From the human T2T-CHM13v2.0 reference genome, Homo sapiens, in assembly GCF_009914755.1 (NCBI RefSeq), contig NC_060934.1: 64,000 bases of DNA; one strand, 5' to 3'. A program made the translations under genes and the position numbers. Shown here one piece after another: positions 1-15,801 of the stretch. Every line of letters begins with the position of its first letter. Within the stretch, counting starts at the first letter, position 1. The notes beneath the pieces are model-generated. The model saw only the letters and a list, made by a program, of their open reading frames with translations, did no database searches and had not been told where the DNA came from.

Positions 1-470
1 GAAGACACCTGTGCATGTACGATCACTGCAGCACTATTCACAATGGCAAAGACGAGGATTAAACCAAAATTCTCGTCGATGGTAGACTGGATAAAGAAAA
101 TGTGGTACACTTACATGATGGAATACTATGCATCCAAAAACAGAATGAGATCATGTCCTTTGCAGGGACACGGGTGGAGCTGAGGGCCATTATCCTTAGT
201 AAACTAACACAGGAAAAGAAAATCAAATGCTGCATGTTCTCACGTATAAATGGGAGCTAAAGGATGAGAACACACGGCCACAGAGGGGAACAATAGATAC
301 TGGGGCCTATCGGAGGGTGCAGGGTGGGAGAAGGGAGAGAATCAGGAAAAATAACAAATGAGTACTAGGCCTAATACCTGGGTGATTAAATAACCTGTAC
401 AACAAACCCCCACATGACACAAATTTACCTATGTAACAAACCTGCACATGTACCACTGAACTTAAAAGTT
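1..470 (+). mobile_element. L1 3' end (L1PA13/14-like), cut by the window start
   Basis: Typical L1 3' UTR motifs: ggataaagaaaatgtggtac, ggaatactatgca, gggagctaaa, aacaaacctgcacatgtac...cttaaaagtt. Confidence 0.9.
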
Positions 471-471
471 G

Positions 472-763
472 GGCTGGGCACAGTGGCTCAGGCTTGTAAT
501 CCCAGCATTTTGGGAGGTCGAGGTTGGTGGATCACTTGAGGCCAGGAGTTGGAGACTAGCCTGGCCAACATGGTGAAACACTGTCTCTACTAAAAACACA
601 AAAATTAGCCAAGCATGGTGGCAGGTGCCTGTAGTCACAGCTACTTGGGAGGCTGACACAGGACAATCGCTTGAACCCAGAAGGCAGAGTTTGCAGTCAG
701 TTGAGATTGCACCACTGTACACTCCAGCCTGAGCAACAGAGCAAGGCCCTGTCTCAAAAAAAA

Positions 764-780
<17 letters not shown>
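472..780 (+). mobile_element. AluS-type SINE inserted in the L1 tail
   Basis: Full dimer ggctgggcacagtggctc...ctgtctc followed by A25. Confidence 0.95.

Positions 781-824
<44 letters not shown>
781..824. repeat. (AT)22 microsatellite fused to the Alu poly-A
   Basis: Uninterrupted AT run seen directly. Confidence 0.95.
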
Positions 825-827
<3 letters not shown>

Positions 828-2618
828 AAAAAAATATATATGTTAAAAATAAAGAAAAGGAAAAAAGACAAAAATAAGTACAACAAAAAAGAGTAGTGTT
901 CTGACCAGACACCAAAAATTTTGAAAGGAAAAGACAAAAGGAAAATATTTACAAACTAATGTTTTAAATGTATGAAGGCATAAAAGAACTGATGAAAAAT
1001 CTCATTGTTCTACATGACTAAATATAATTTACTTTTGCTTTCATGATCAAATTTATGATCACTTTTCTAAACAATTGTTTGTTTCACTTCATATCTGAGT
1101 GACAAGTGTTTTCCCTTTTGCTAAATTAGAATAAACATGCATTTCTGCCTCATTTGATGGGTTTGGGAGAGAGACTTTATTAGTTTCATTTTTTATTGTT
1201 TTTTTTTTTAAATCACAGAGGTGTTGGGATTTAAGCTTATGCTGAATAGCACGCTATTTGATGCTATCTTTACAATGATTTTTCTGATAATGCCAATTTC
1301 ACAGATATGTTATGACCCAGAATTTTAAGATTGTCTCTTTTGTTTTCAAATTTACTTTCCTTTTAAATAAAAAACATGATTATCAACAGGTTTTATGCAT
1401 TATTAATGGCTTAAATATAGGGAACATTTTGGTCTTATAATGCACACATTATTCATCCTATATTATTTCACTTACTCTTGAGCAAAGAAGGATGTTACCT
1501 TAAATTTTAAAGTAATAGCTGACTTGTTTGTCTAAAACAAGTATCAAAGTTAACTGTCATTCCTTAGCTATAACTTTAAAAGTTACTAACTTTTCTTTTA
1601 ATTTTAGAAAAGTCCCCAAAGTTTTTTTATTTTCAACTTTGTACACTTAAAAGATTTTGTCAGAAGAGTAAATGCAGTTTACAATAGAAAGGTAACGTGA
1701 CAAATCCAGGAACTCTTGATGTGCATTGCTAACTGTAAATTTATATACATTACTGAAAATCTGTGTTAAGTTAATGTGAAATAGCTTTACAATTTCAATT
1801 TGTATTAGCCTAGTGATGATTTAGAATTTATCTCCATTCACATAGTGTTTACTAAACACATACATGCAACATACACATATTAAAAATATTACACAATATT
1901 TTGTTTTCAAATGTCCTAAAATAGTAAATATTATATAAAACTTAAGTTTCTTATAAAACTTTAAGAAGTTTGTACAGACACAAATATAGTTGATAGTATT
2001 ATGAAGTTGCTATAAGACATTTACTGTAAGACATTTACTCTTTTGGACATCAGTGAACTTTTGTAAAATTGTACATTTCAGGGATGTTTTGGTGATTCGA
2101 TTTGGTGACAGTCTCTTCCCTCACCTTCTGTTCTCTCACTCTCAGAGTATATGTGTCTCTTGTTAGGTTGACACCTCTCTCTCCCCTGTGTTTGTGCTTA
2201 TATATAATATTCTCTAACATCAATGTATCATTGTTTCTTCAGATTATCCTTGTCTTCTCTGCATTCTAACCTATCCTCTGCAACTTGGCTCTTTCTGTAA
2301 AGACTATAACTATGTTAAAATGTAAACTTCTTTCATATTATTGTTATAATCATTTTACTACCTTGAATATGATCCCTCCAAAGCTATGCACCTGTCTCTG
2401 CTCTTTCTTTCTGTTGATAATTCCCATTTATTTCTTAATCTTAAGTTTGAAGAATCTACCCCTGAATGCTCATTATATGAACTGCAGCTATCAAATGTAA
2501 TAAATACTTTAGTTCTAATGTTGCTTCACCACATCCCCCAACAAAACTTATCTAATCAGGCCCCAACTCCAATCCTACCTCTATAAAACCATGTCATATC
2601 GATTTTTGTTAATGTCTT

Positions 2619-3617
<999 letters not shown>

Positions 3618-4974
3618 AGTCCCCTAATCTTTCCTTTGTTTCTTTTCTGACTTTGATCATTACAATCTCCTGACTGGTGTTTCTGCCTCCAATCTTGCAC
3701 CTCTCCAAGCATTCCCCCCAGCTATAAAAGTTAATTTAACGTTATCAAAATTTATTTGTGTTATTTTCCAAAGTAAAACCCTGTTGTGGCTCTTGGTCAC
3801 TTTCACTGCACACCACAAAACACAGATATGATCTCCAAGGCATTATGAGTTCTGGAATTTAAAAAAATCTCTCCACTCTTATTTTTCACTACAACCCCAT
3901 CACCTATGAGCATTAGGTACACACTTTCATTCAGCTATGCCTAAATATTTTAAATTCTTTAGACCTCCTTTGCTTTCATTCAAGCTCCTTCCTTACTTCT
4001 GTATTCATGATGAATATGTAATCATCTTCATGACTTATGTCAAGAAATGTCCCTCCTGGTGATCCTCTCAGGTGAATAAAAGCTACTCCTGTATCAGTCA
4101 CTTAATTGTGAATGAATATTTTTTATGTAAACTTTTCCAATGCTAAAAGGATAATTTACCAGCTTTACTGATCTTTACCTTTGTGCTGTGGCCCCTTAAT
4201 ACACTAATAGTATTGGGGAGAGTGTGGTGGGGATTTAATTTTGGATTAACTTGGAAGGTAACCTTCGTCAGCCAATGGAGTATGAAAAATATGTTGAACT
4301 CCACTCTGGGTGTCTTTATGCCTGATAAACCTGTCACAAGGATCCTTTGCTCTCCCGTGCATTTCAGTGTCTGTGGACAGCCTTTCTGACTCTTAATAAT
4401 TTTAGTATATATAGACTGCTTTATCCACTTTTTAGCTTCCTCTTCCTATTATGGAAAATATACGACAAACCCTCTTTACTGATTTCCATGTGTGCTTTGT
4501 TTTTTGTTTTGTTTTGTTTTGTTTTCATTTACTTTCTTGACCCTTTCTCTGGATTTGTGTCTCTCAGGTGTCATTCTGTATACTCAACAGAGCTCTACTA
4601 AATTTGATTACATACAAACATGCAAAAAGAACCAATGATAACTGATGCCTCTGCTCTACAACTCCTCAGAACATGGGACCTAATAATCTCAGATGATATT
4701 AGATTACATCACATTATAATTATAATTATAATAACAAATTAGCCCCACATAAAACTGTGGGAGGCTAATATTGCATAACAGAGCTGATGTTTGGGATAAA
4801 TGGAATTCTGTTCTCATCAGAGGCATCAACTATGACGGAAGCTTATGAAGGTGAAGGAGGATCGATTTAATGAGGACCGTTAGAATTCTAGCCCTAATTA
4901 ATATTAGAATTAGCTACTTTTTCTCACACTACACCATGCATCATTTCAAATAGAAAAGTAGTGCCTAATGAAAC

Positions 4975-5165
4975 TGTGGAGCCTAGTGTTAAATCATGGG
5001 TATCTGAGCCAGAGGGTCTGCTTTTGATTTCTGCCTTCGCTACTTACCAGCTGTGTGACCTTGGGCAAGTGTCTCTCTTCCCTCAGTTTAAAATTTTGCT
5101 GCTATTTCTCAGAGGGTTGTAGTGAGAAATTCAGTGAGTTTAATGCCAACCTTAGAATTCTTTAG
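4975..5165 (+). mobile_element. MIR SINE
   Basis: MIR core tacttaccagctgtgtgaccttgggcaagt...cctcagttt...cagagggttgtagtgag. Confidence 0.8.
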
Positions 5166-6549
5166 GCAATGAAATATTAGCAATGGGAAGAATGAAAAGA
5201 CCCTGACATGGAGATCCCTTTATTTGTCATTTGAAAAAAGGGAGTCTAACAGATGCTTTCAAATCTTTCCTTTGTTTCTTTCTTTCTTTCCTCCTCCCTC
5301 TCCCTCCTTCTTATTCTTAATCAGACATCATTCTGCCTTTAAATGCTCAAAAATGTTAGAAAGAATCCCTTACTGGAGACTCTTATATGGAACCCTGAAA
5401 ATGGGGCAAACCAAGTATTTATTTATTGTGGTAGGTTCACTTTGACAAATCCACAATGGAGAGATATAAGAGAGCTGCTTCTCTGAGAACCGTTTTGTTT
5501 TCTCTCATTTCTTGTGGTCCTTTTTCTTTTGACATCTCCACCTTCCCCACATTGTTCTTCTTCTTCATAGCCCTGACCCATGTGCAGGCATTTTTGTTCT
5601 AAACAGTTTCCCTTTAAACTTTTTTGCAAGTATTGAGGTATGAAGAGATTCTCAGACAGAAAATGAGTGTAAAGAATGCAGGAAAGGTGGTTTCCCTCAA
5701 CTGGGAATAACCTACTGCAAAAACAGACATTTCTAATGTTGAGACTTAGCCCCATCTTTTAACTCCATTTGTCATTATGCCAAAAAAGTTTCCATTTTTT
5801 ATGTGTTTCTAAAAGCCTCTACTATGATTTTATTTGGCCCAGAGTTCCAGAGTATAAAGCTTCCTTCACAGTGGATATGGCAGTTATCCTGCTCTGTCAG
5901 GTTTTATTTTTAATTTTTTTTTATTTCAGTTTCTGGGTTTTTGTTTTTGTTTTCTGTTTTGTTTTGGTTTTGCCTTTGTGGCAAAGGAAGAAAAGAGAAA
6001 GAAGTTTTTGTTTGCTCTAGGAAGGAATTTTGTTCACAGTGGACATGACAATGAGGGTTCAAGGGCAGGGAATTCCCACACTCTGTCAATATGAGGGGCA
6101 CCTGTGACTCCTAGAGCTTAGGACAGGACTTTGAACAAAGTAAGTGTTAAATAAGTAATCATTTGACAACTGAATGGAGTGTGTGTTCATGAGGCACTGC
6201 TGATGGTGGCAGCAAAGTCAACACAAAGACACTGAAAGCAACAATCCAGGCAGCACTGATGGCTCCTTCCTGGGCCACTTAGAGCTACAGAAGAGTCCAG
6301 AGCAATGACTGTGACTGTGGCCCGACCAAGATGGATTTAGAGTTCCTTCCAACTTGATTACGCTTTAGACAAGTTTCTTCCTGACTCTAGGCTGCTGGCC
6401 TCCCTTTTCTTAAAGCATTTACTTTACAAAACTTGTCATTGTAAATCCTGCCTCTGCCCCTTTGAGATACATGTAAATCATCTCCCAGGCTCTTACCTGT
6501 TTTACAATGCAAAAATGACTTTGTTCAGGTCCTGAGAACCATTTCTTTG

Positions 6550-6945
6550 AAAATGTGTTGCCTATACACCATGGAATACTACACAGCCATAAAAAAAGAA
6601 TGAAATAATATCCTTTGCAGCATCATGGATGCAGCTGGAGGCCATTATCCTAAGCAAATTAATGCAGGAACAGGAAACCAAATATTTCACATACTCACTT
6701 AGACGTGGGAGCTAAATACTGAGTACACATGGTCACAAAGAAGGGAACAATAAATACTGAAGATTACTTGAGGGTGGAGGGTAGGAGGAGGGTGAAGGTT
6801 GAAAAACTACATATTGGGTGCTATGCTGACCACCTGGGTGATGAAATCATTTGTATACCAAACCCCCAAAGATATGTAATTCACCCATATAACAAACCTG
6901 CACATGTCCCCTCTGAACCGAAAATGAAAGTTGAAAAAGGAAAAA
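6550..6945 (+). mobile_element. 5'-truncated L1 3' end (L1PA16/17- or L1PB-like)
   Basis: caccatggaatactacacagccataaaaa...gggtgaaggttgaaaaactac...aacaaacctgcacatg. Confidence 0.85.
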
Positions 6946-7089
6946 CAATGTGAAATATAAACAGCAAGGAAGATAGTGCCCCTATCTCCCAGTTCCAGTG
7001 GGAGCACAGGAGTCTTTCCACTTGAACAAAAGGGGCTTGCTATGTTCCAAGTCATAAAACCAAGTCCTATTATGAAAAAAAAAAGAAGT

Positions 7090-7407
7090 GGCTGGGCGTT
7101 GTGGCTCACGCCTGTAATCCCAGCACTTTGGGAGGCCAAGACGGGTGGATCACAAGGTCAAGAGATCGAGACCATCCTGGGCAAGATGGTGAAACCCCAT
7201 CTCTACTAAAAATACAGAAATTAGCTGGGGATGATGATGGGCGCCTGTAGTCCGAGCTACTTGGGAGTCTGAGGCAGGAGAATCCCTTGAACCAGAAGAC
7301 AGAGGTTGCAGTGAGCCAAGATCGCACCACTGCACTCCAGCCTGGCGACAGAGTAAGACTCTGTCTCAAATAAAAAAAAAAAAGAGAGAGAGAAAAAAGA
7401 AAAGAAA
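7090..7407 (+). mobile_element. AluSc
   Basis: Diagnostic ggtcaagagatcgagaccatcctgg and cctggcgacag; A-rich flanks ending in aagt on both sides. Confidence 0.9.
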
Positions 7408-9435
7408 GTTTACTTTTCCTTTGGGTAAGGCCAACTGGCAAACCCAGACGGCCTAGATTCCCCCTCCCCAGTCCAGCTCTTAATAACTCTCCTGCTTTTG
7501 TATCTGAGGAGCAGGGTGTCTACACCCGCCCCATGCTAGCAACAGTATCAGAATAAAATTGTCTTCTCTCTGCTCGTCATGTTATCATGTCTGGTGCAAT
7601 TTTGTCTTTAACAAGACCAACCAGCAGAGTGTGGAATATAAAACCGGTCACTTAAGGATTTGTCTTTAGGAACAAAAGCCGGCTGACAAATCACCTGGAG
7701 TAGCTTCAGATACAGGTACCATAGAGCAGAGAGTTACTCAGACACTATTCGTAACTGCCAGAATAAGACAACTGGGTAGAAAGAATTTATTCAGTAACAC
7801 CATATGTGGGGTAAAAAGAATCAGGTCTCCTGACAGTGCCATACAAATACATGTATGAAAGCATGATTTACTTGAGGCTGGCTACTTAGAAGAGACTCCT
7901 CCTGGCTGTGTATGCTCTGAATTGCTGAATAATTTGGAGCTTTTTATGGAAAATAGATTGGGCAGCGCTTTATTAATACTTTTGGCTTTCCTTTAACTAA
8001 AGAGGAAATCTCCATCTTTATTAAGACATCATGTAGGAACAAATCAAAGTCTAGCAAGACATTCTGACCTGCCTCCTCTGGCCCACTCTTTGAGTGAGGT
8101 TCCAGCATTTTTGTCTTGTTTTCTGAGGCTTCATTGAAGAAACTTCACTTTTCCTTTTCTGACATTCACCTCACTCCCTCACTCACTTCTCAGTCTTCGG
8201 TTATTTCTTTTCCAATAAAAACAGCCTCTGCAAGATTTTCTTTTGTGACTGTAATTTCTGTGCAACTATAGAATTAACTGACTTGAAGACAGAAAACTGG
8301 GCAGAGAAGAGAAAAGAGAGAGAGAAAGATTAGGCGTGAGGCTATAGTTATAAATTGATCAAAGTTTCAGATTATGACAGAAGGAGGTAAGGTAAGTTGG
8401 AGAGAGATATATACACAGAGCAGTACAGGGCTTAGAGTGAGAAGTTACGAACATGGGAATGAGTCTGCTTTCTGTTTATAAAGCTATTTCTGGAACTTTT
8501 GTGAACTTCTCTGTAAAATCACTGCCTTACCTGTCAAACAATTTTGATAGGAACAAGTGAGATAACACAAAATTATGTGCTATAAACTATAAATTACTAT
8601 AAGAATTGTCAGTATTCATTTAAAAGATATTCAAAAGGTGCTTACTCTAATAAACCTTGAGTTATTTTTATGATTTTTTCTTCATTATAATTATAAATTT
8701 TTAATCCTGATGAGAGTTGGTAATAAAAGCAATTACAGAGATGAGGAACTGTATTCATAAAGGGCCTGGACACATTTTTATTAACCAAAGGAAGAAATCT
8801 ATTGTGGGAATTTATCAGCAAGCCTCATGAAGCACAGGAAACCACTTTTAAGCCTGTTTTTTTCACCCTTAGTCCCAAATCTATAATACAGCAACACAAA
8901 CAGACAAAATATGTTCCTCAGAGCTTTCTCTGTCCTAAGGGAGAAAATAAATTTGTTCTGGTTTGTTTGTACTTTCCAGGAAACCAGAGTTTAGTAAATA
9001 CTTTAATAGTTTATCAAAGGACTCCAAAAATCTGCTACCATAACAGTGTCGGTAAATTAAATTTTGCTTGCTTCTAGTTTGATGTATGTAGCATAATTGG
9101 AATCCACTTTATTTTTAAAGAATGGACTTTATGTGGCATCTATAAGTCTTCAATGTAAAATAAAGAATAACATTTATTCAATGTGTTGTGCACAGTCATG
9201 TTCCTGCTATAGACAGCATAGTCTGTAAGACTACACATCCTAAGATTGTTCACACATAGTTACTACGTGGCATTTGATATCCATAGCTCAGTGGTCTAAA
9301 AACTCAGTAATTCTCAGAAGGCTACATGTTTCTCATATGCAGGCTTGCCATCTGCAGTATCCTGGTCAGACTCTATATATCCAGTTACTGCAGTAAAAAT
9401 AGGAACTACAATAACATAAACAGATGCTACACATT

Positions 9436-10990
9436 TGCTATGGTTGGAATGTGCCCCCTCGAACATTTATGTTGAAACTTAACCCCCATTGCGGTGGTAT
9501 CAAGAGATGGGTCCTTTGGGGAAGTGATTAAATCATGAGGGTTCCCAGAACTATAAAAACCCTAAACCAAAACCTAGGCAATACATCCTAAACATAGAAA
9601 TGGGCAAAGATTTTTAAACAAAAACATCAAAAGCGATCACATCAAAAGCAAAAAATTGACAAATAAGGTCTAATTAAACTAAAGAGCTTCTGCACAGCAA
9701 AAGAAACTATCTACAGGTTAAAGAGACTTGTAGACTATCCACAAGTTAAAGAATCTACAGAATGGGAGAAGTTTTTTGCAAACTATATATCTGACAAAGT
9801 TCTAATATCCAGCATCTATAAGGAACTTAAACAAATTTGCAAGAAAAAAAAAAAAACCAAACAACCCTGTTAAAAAGTGGTAAAAGAATACGAATAGACA
9901 CTTTTCAAAAGAAGACATACATGTGGCCAGCAAGCATATGAAAAAAATGCTACACATCCTAACAATTATAGAAATGCAAATCAAAACCACAATGAGATAC
10001 CATGTCATGTCAGAATGACTATTAATAAAAAGTCAAAAAATAACAGATGCTGGTGAGGTTGTGGAGAAACAGGAACACTTATACACTTTGAGGGGGAGCA
10101 TAAATTAGTTCAACCACTGTAGAAAGCAGTGTGGTGATTCCTCAAATTGCTAAATGCAGAATTAACATTTGACCCAGCAATCTCATTACCAGGTAGATAC
10201 CCAGAGGAATATAAATCATTCTAACATAAAGACACATGTCGATGAATATTCATTGTGGTGCTATTCACAATAGCAAAGACATGGAATCAATCTAAGGGCC
10301 TATCAATAACAAATTGGATAAAGAAAATGTGGTACATATACACCATGGAATACTATGCAGCCCCCAAACGAACAAGATTATGTCTTTTGCAAGAACATGG
10401 GTGGAGCTGGAGGCTACTGACCTTAGAAAACTAACACAGGAAGAGAAAACCAAATACTGCATGTTCTCACTTATAAGTGGGAGCTAAATGGTGAGAACTC
10501 ATGAACACAAACAAGGGAACAGTGGACACTGGGGTATACTTGAGGGTAGGGGGTGAGAGAAGAGAGAGGAGCAAAAAAACACAAAAAACAAAAAACAAAT
10601 AAAAAACTATTGGGTACTAGGCTGAATACCTGGGTGATGAAATAATCTGTACAACAACCCCCCTTGCCACAAGTTTATCTATATAACAAACTTTCACATA
10701 TACTCCTGAACCTAAAACTTTTTAAAAAAATCATGAAAGTTCCACCTTTTTGAATGCATTAATCACCCGCAAAAGGGCTGGAGGGAACCAGCTTAAGCTC
10801 TTTTTTGCTCTTTCATACTTCCACAATGTGAGGACATAACAAAAAAGCTCTCAGCAGACACCAAATACAGGCACCTCGATCTTGGAATTTCCAGATCTGT
10901 AAAAACTTTTAAAAATACATTTTTATTATTTAAAAAGTACTCAGTCACTTTATTTTGCGTTTTTTTAAAACAGCGACAGAGACTAAAATA
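9436..10990 (+). mobile_element. MaLR MST-type (MSTC/D-like) solo LTR split by an L1
   Basis: tgctatggttggaatgtgcccc...gttgaaacttaacccc...gaagtgattaaatcatgagg; resumes at 10728, ends gactaaaata; 5-bp TSD acatt/acact. Confidence 0.85.
9546..10727 (+). mobile_element. 5'-truncated L1 (L1PA14/15-like), 1.18 kb
   Basis: ORF2 C-terminus plus 3' UTR; TSD aaatcatgagggttcc (9530-9545) / aaatcatgaaagttcc (10728-10743). Confidence 0.92.
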
Positions 10991-11479
10991 ACACTTTCTT
11001 TTATTTATCCAATAATAGACACATTTTATGAAGACTTCTAGTTTATTGGATATCAGTAAAATATCTTGTAATGTAACATTAGCTATTACCAAATAATATA
11101 TGGCAATGATTTTAAATATCGAATAGTCTTATTGACTTAATTAGCAAACAAAAAAACAGCAGTCTCCTGCTCCTTTCCCTCCCCTGTCTTTCCTGTTCCT
11201 TGATTCCTACTCCACAGCAGTAATCACCCTCAGCTATTTTAACTCTAATTTAGTACTAATTTATTTTTTCTATTTTTCCGTGTTCTCATAGAATACATTT
11301 GTATTGTATTTGGAGGATTTTGAAATTCAGAAGTAGATATCCACTACTACCCTTACATTATATCCAGATATCAATATTATCTACTAATCTTGCATTGTAT
11401 GTTGTAGGTAAAATAACTATATTCTGTTATTTAGGCTTTTATTTTAAAATATCTAAATTTTCTTTCATATATATGTCAC

Positions 11480-12310
11480 TGGATATGATATTTTAATATT
11501 GGAGATTGTTCTTATTCAGAATTGGCTCTGTTGGTTGTAAGTTCCTCGTTTTTGTTTGTTGAGGTCTCTGTCTTTCACACCACATCGTAATTACCCAGTA
11601 ATCCTTGGTTGTCTACTCTATTACGAATAAAGCACTAAAAAGCTGATTGGAAGCCCTAAGTATATGAAAGAGATTTCTGGCTAGCAGGTGGCACATTAAT
11701 TTAAAAAACTTTTCATAAAATTATTGGAGGATTTCTGGTTTTCAAAATCTATGGATTCTTTTTCTTCTTTGCGAAGGTAAATTCCCCTAAGAGAATTCTC
11801 CAGTCTTAGGGGAGAACATCCTGACAGCAAACGTCCTGAGAGCAAAATCAGGACAGGGGCATGAGCCCCCTGGATTGGAACATAGTCCATCAATTAATCC
11901 CTGTTTCTGTTTTGCTTCCAGACCCTAGTAATACCTACTGTTCCTGGATTCGGAGTTTCTCAGATTCGATCTGTACAGAGAGTATGCTGCCAATCTTCTA
12001 CTGGATTGGGGAAAAGTTCTTCTTTGCTGTGTGGGCGGATGAGAAGGCAGCTGGTAGGCTAAGTGCTTTCAAGTCCCCTGGCACTTGGAGGGCTATTTGG
12101 TGTGCATGCTTATTGAGTTATTCTTGGTTTTGCAGACAAGTAACCTTGTGACCAGGTGTTGCTCCACTCTCAGCTTTGGTTACAGATTCTGCTAAGTAAG
12201 CTGTCACTTTTCTATTGTCCTATCACCTCCTAAAATACTGCTGTTGTTGCCTCTCCTTTCCTTTTTACTTGGCATGTATTCCCTTTGAAAACGTCTTCAC
12301 TGTTAATTTA
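11480..12310 (-). mobile_element. Heavily decayed ancient L1M/HAL1-like 5' region
   Basis: aagcactaaaaagctgattggaagc and flanks resemble ancient L1ME 5' ends; boundaries approximate. Confidence 0.35.
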
Positions 12311-12535
12311 AAAGGATTTAGAATGCAACAGAGATAAACGCGTGTTTAACGTATCATGTTTATAAAGAAGTCCACCACGTCTTTCTTTCATGGGATCTAA
12401 GCATGATCATTGAGATGTAATACAGAGGAAATAAATTTCAAAAATTTTTAAAGTTACCTGGCAGAAATTTAGATAGCTATTTTCTGTTTAAAACATCAAG
12501 TCAGTATTCATATCTTTTTTTTTCCTTTTAGCCTC

Positions 12536-12965
12536 TGTTATGGCTTGGATGCTTGATGCCTCAAAACCTCATTTTGAAATTTGACCTCAGTGTTAGAGAT
12601 GGAGCCTCATGGACAGTGTCTGGGTCTTGGGGGCAGATCCCTCATTAATAGAAAAATGCTTTGCCTGAAAGGGAGTAGTGGTAAGTGAGTTTTTGCTCTA
12701 TAAGTTCCCAAGATAGCTGGTTGTTTAAAAGAGTCTTGTATCTCCCTGTCTCTCTTTCTTCCTCCTTGCCAAATGATCTCTGTACATGCTGGCTCCCCTT
12801 CACCTTTCGCCATGAGTAAAAGTAGTTAGAAGTAGTCATCAGATGTAGATGCTGGCACCATGCTTCTTGTACAGCCTGCAGAAGCATGAGCCAAATAAAA
12901 CTCTTTTCTTCATGAATTACCCAGCCTCAGGTATTCCTTTGTAAAGCACTAAATGGACTAAGATA
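12536..12965 (+). mobile_element. MSTB-type MaLR solo LTR
   Basis: tgttatggcttggat...gggcagatccctcat...gatgctggcaccatgcttcttgtacagcctgcagaa...aattacccagcctcaggtattcc...ggactaagata. Confidence 0.88.
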
Positions 12966-13804
12966 GTATCTGAGTCTTAGTATTTTCAAGAAAATTTGAG
13001 CCGTATTACCAATAACCAATGAGTCATTGCTTCTCACTCTTTCTTCATTTTTAATACATTCTGTCCTTTCTAGCCACACCACCAGAATCCTTTATATAAT
13101 CTAGGACAGGATACTAATTATCAATTTATTTTCTACCTATTTAGAGTGTCCTTTGTTTGGCTACCTTGAAGTTTTACTTAAGGGGTTACCATGGCCCTGT
13201 AGTAAATTCTTTACTTGTGTTCTGAGTGTCTTCCCCTTTCCTAGACTGTAAAGCATAAAGCTTGAGTTCATTCATTGTTGAATGAGAAAATGAAGACTGC
13301 AAATACTTGTCTGTTAAGTTCAGAAAACAGTGATTAATATAACAGGTAGATTCAAATAAAACTTTTAAGAGTATTTTCTGTTCCCATGCTACATGAAAGA
13401 TACTTGAGTTAAAGGAAAACAAACAAGATGTAGAAAGGAAAGAAAGAGAAAGAGAGGGTATCAGGTGAAAGAAAGTTTGGTATCAGCAAGCCCCATGGAG
13501 CAGTGCCCAAGATGCCTAGAAGTCCTGTCATCACCTGCCTTTCTCCTTGCTGCTACCTCGTGAGAATTGCCATGGAATGCAGCCAGAAAGCCACCAACCA
13601 TCAGTGATGCTGATCTGTGCGGCATAAACGGTCTCATGTCAGTGGCTTTGGATACTCATAGACTCTTGGAAATGAAATTGGGATATGAACCAAAAGTGCT
13701 GTAAATGGATTATTCTAGTAAAGACTTGATTAAGAATTAAATTATTATTTTTCCAGCTTTCTAAGGGTAAGGTAAAAAACTATATCTTGTCCACTTTCTT
13801 CAGT

Positions 13805-14325
<521 letters not shown>

Positions 14326-14539
14326 TGATTATTATCTCTACTTTGAATAATTTCCAGCAGGGAGAAAATTATTTATACTAATTAATAAAGAAATTTAAAA
14401 GTTTCTGTTTGTTTTTTGGTAAATTTTTCTCCTACATTGGTATGAAGAACCTTCATTACCTGTCTAAACTTTAATCCTCTACACATACATGACTTTTAAA
14501 AATATTATTCTTAACTATAAATCTACTTACTTATTTGTT

Positions 14540-14900
14540 CATCCATCTATCCATCTCTTGTTCATTTGTTCATTCATGCATTTAACAGATGTTTATTGAC
14601 TAGAATTATGTATTAAGCATTTTGTTAGTCAGTGACCTAAAAGTATAACTTTAAGCAAAAGAAATAGAGAAGAAAGGGTGAGGGCTTGAGGAATATATAT
14701 CTGGGTATGGATCCTACATATGTTATTCATAAACTATATGAACTCAGGCAAATTAGTTTAATCTTTACACATTTAATTCCTTAACTTCAATAGGTAAATA
14801 ACGATTTCTACCTTGCAGAGTAACTGTGGACAGTAAGTCACATAATTGTTACAAATTATACCATTCAATTTGTGGCACATAATGTTAAGACTTCTTGCTA
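14540..14900. mobile_element. L2 3' end (minus strand) followed by a MIR remnant
   Basis: cattcatgcatttaacagatgtttattga (L2 tail); caggcaaattagtttaatcttt...ctaccttgcagagtaactgtg (MIR). Confidence 0.5.
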
Positions 14901-15068
14901 TATTATTACAATAATCATTGTGATTATTCTCCTTGTATACCTTGTACAATCTCCCACTACTGAATTATGCTGGCTGAGGATTTGAGACTCTCCGTCTTGA
15001 AAGTGTTAACCTAACAGGGATTTCTTCCAGATGTGAAATGTACAGCTTAGGAATAATATCAAAAATCA

Positions 15069-15398
<330 letters not shown>

Positions 15399-15801
15399 TC
15401 AGTAACAAAGTGGACACTCAAGAATCAACTTAAGACTCTAATGAGAGTAAAATACAGGCAAAGTAATATGTGAAGCTAAGAGCACTGGAAACTGAGAAAA
15501 CTGTTAAAGAGATTCAGGAAGGTAAAAACTGAAGAAATTCTCTGAGTTTAAATTTTATGTTGTGTGTAATCTTTATGTGCTATAATCATTGTAGGTAGAG
15601 AAGGGAATAGCAATGAAAAGAATGCTTTCTCTCCTTTAACTATTAGCCAGATAGAGGAAAGACCCATGAAGATGAATAATTAATATGCCAAACGGAAATG
15701 TGATAAAAGTATATATGAAATATTCAAACCACAGAAAAGAAGAAAATAGTTAAATTTAGAGATAGCATATAAAATATCTATTGAAAAAATGTTAAAAAAC
15801 A

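Larger units (their letters stand above)
6330..7613 (+). mobile_element. MER67-family ERV1 solo LTR, split by an L1 3' fragment and an AluSc
   Basis: ctttagacaagtttcttcctgactctagg...gcatttacttt...cccctttgagat, resumes caaggaagatagtgcccctatctcccag after the L1; aataaa near 7552; ends ...tctttaaca. Confidence 0.7.

Noticed and set aside
13757-13766. Possible 10-nt micro-exon (tttttccag|ctttctaagg|gtaagg)
   Set aside because: Not a multiple of three, no host gene evidence, and expected by chance.
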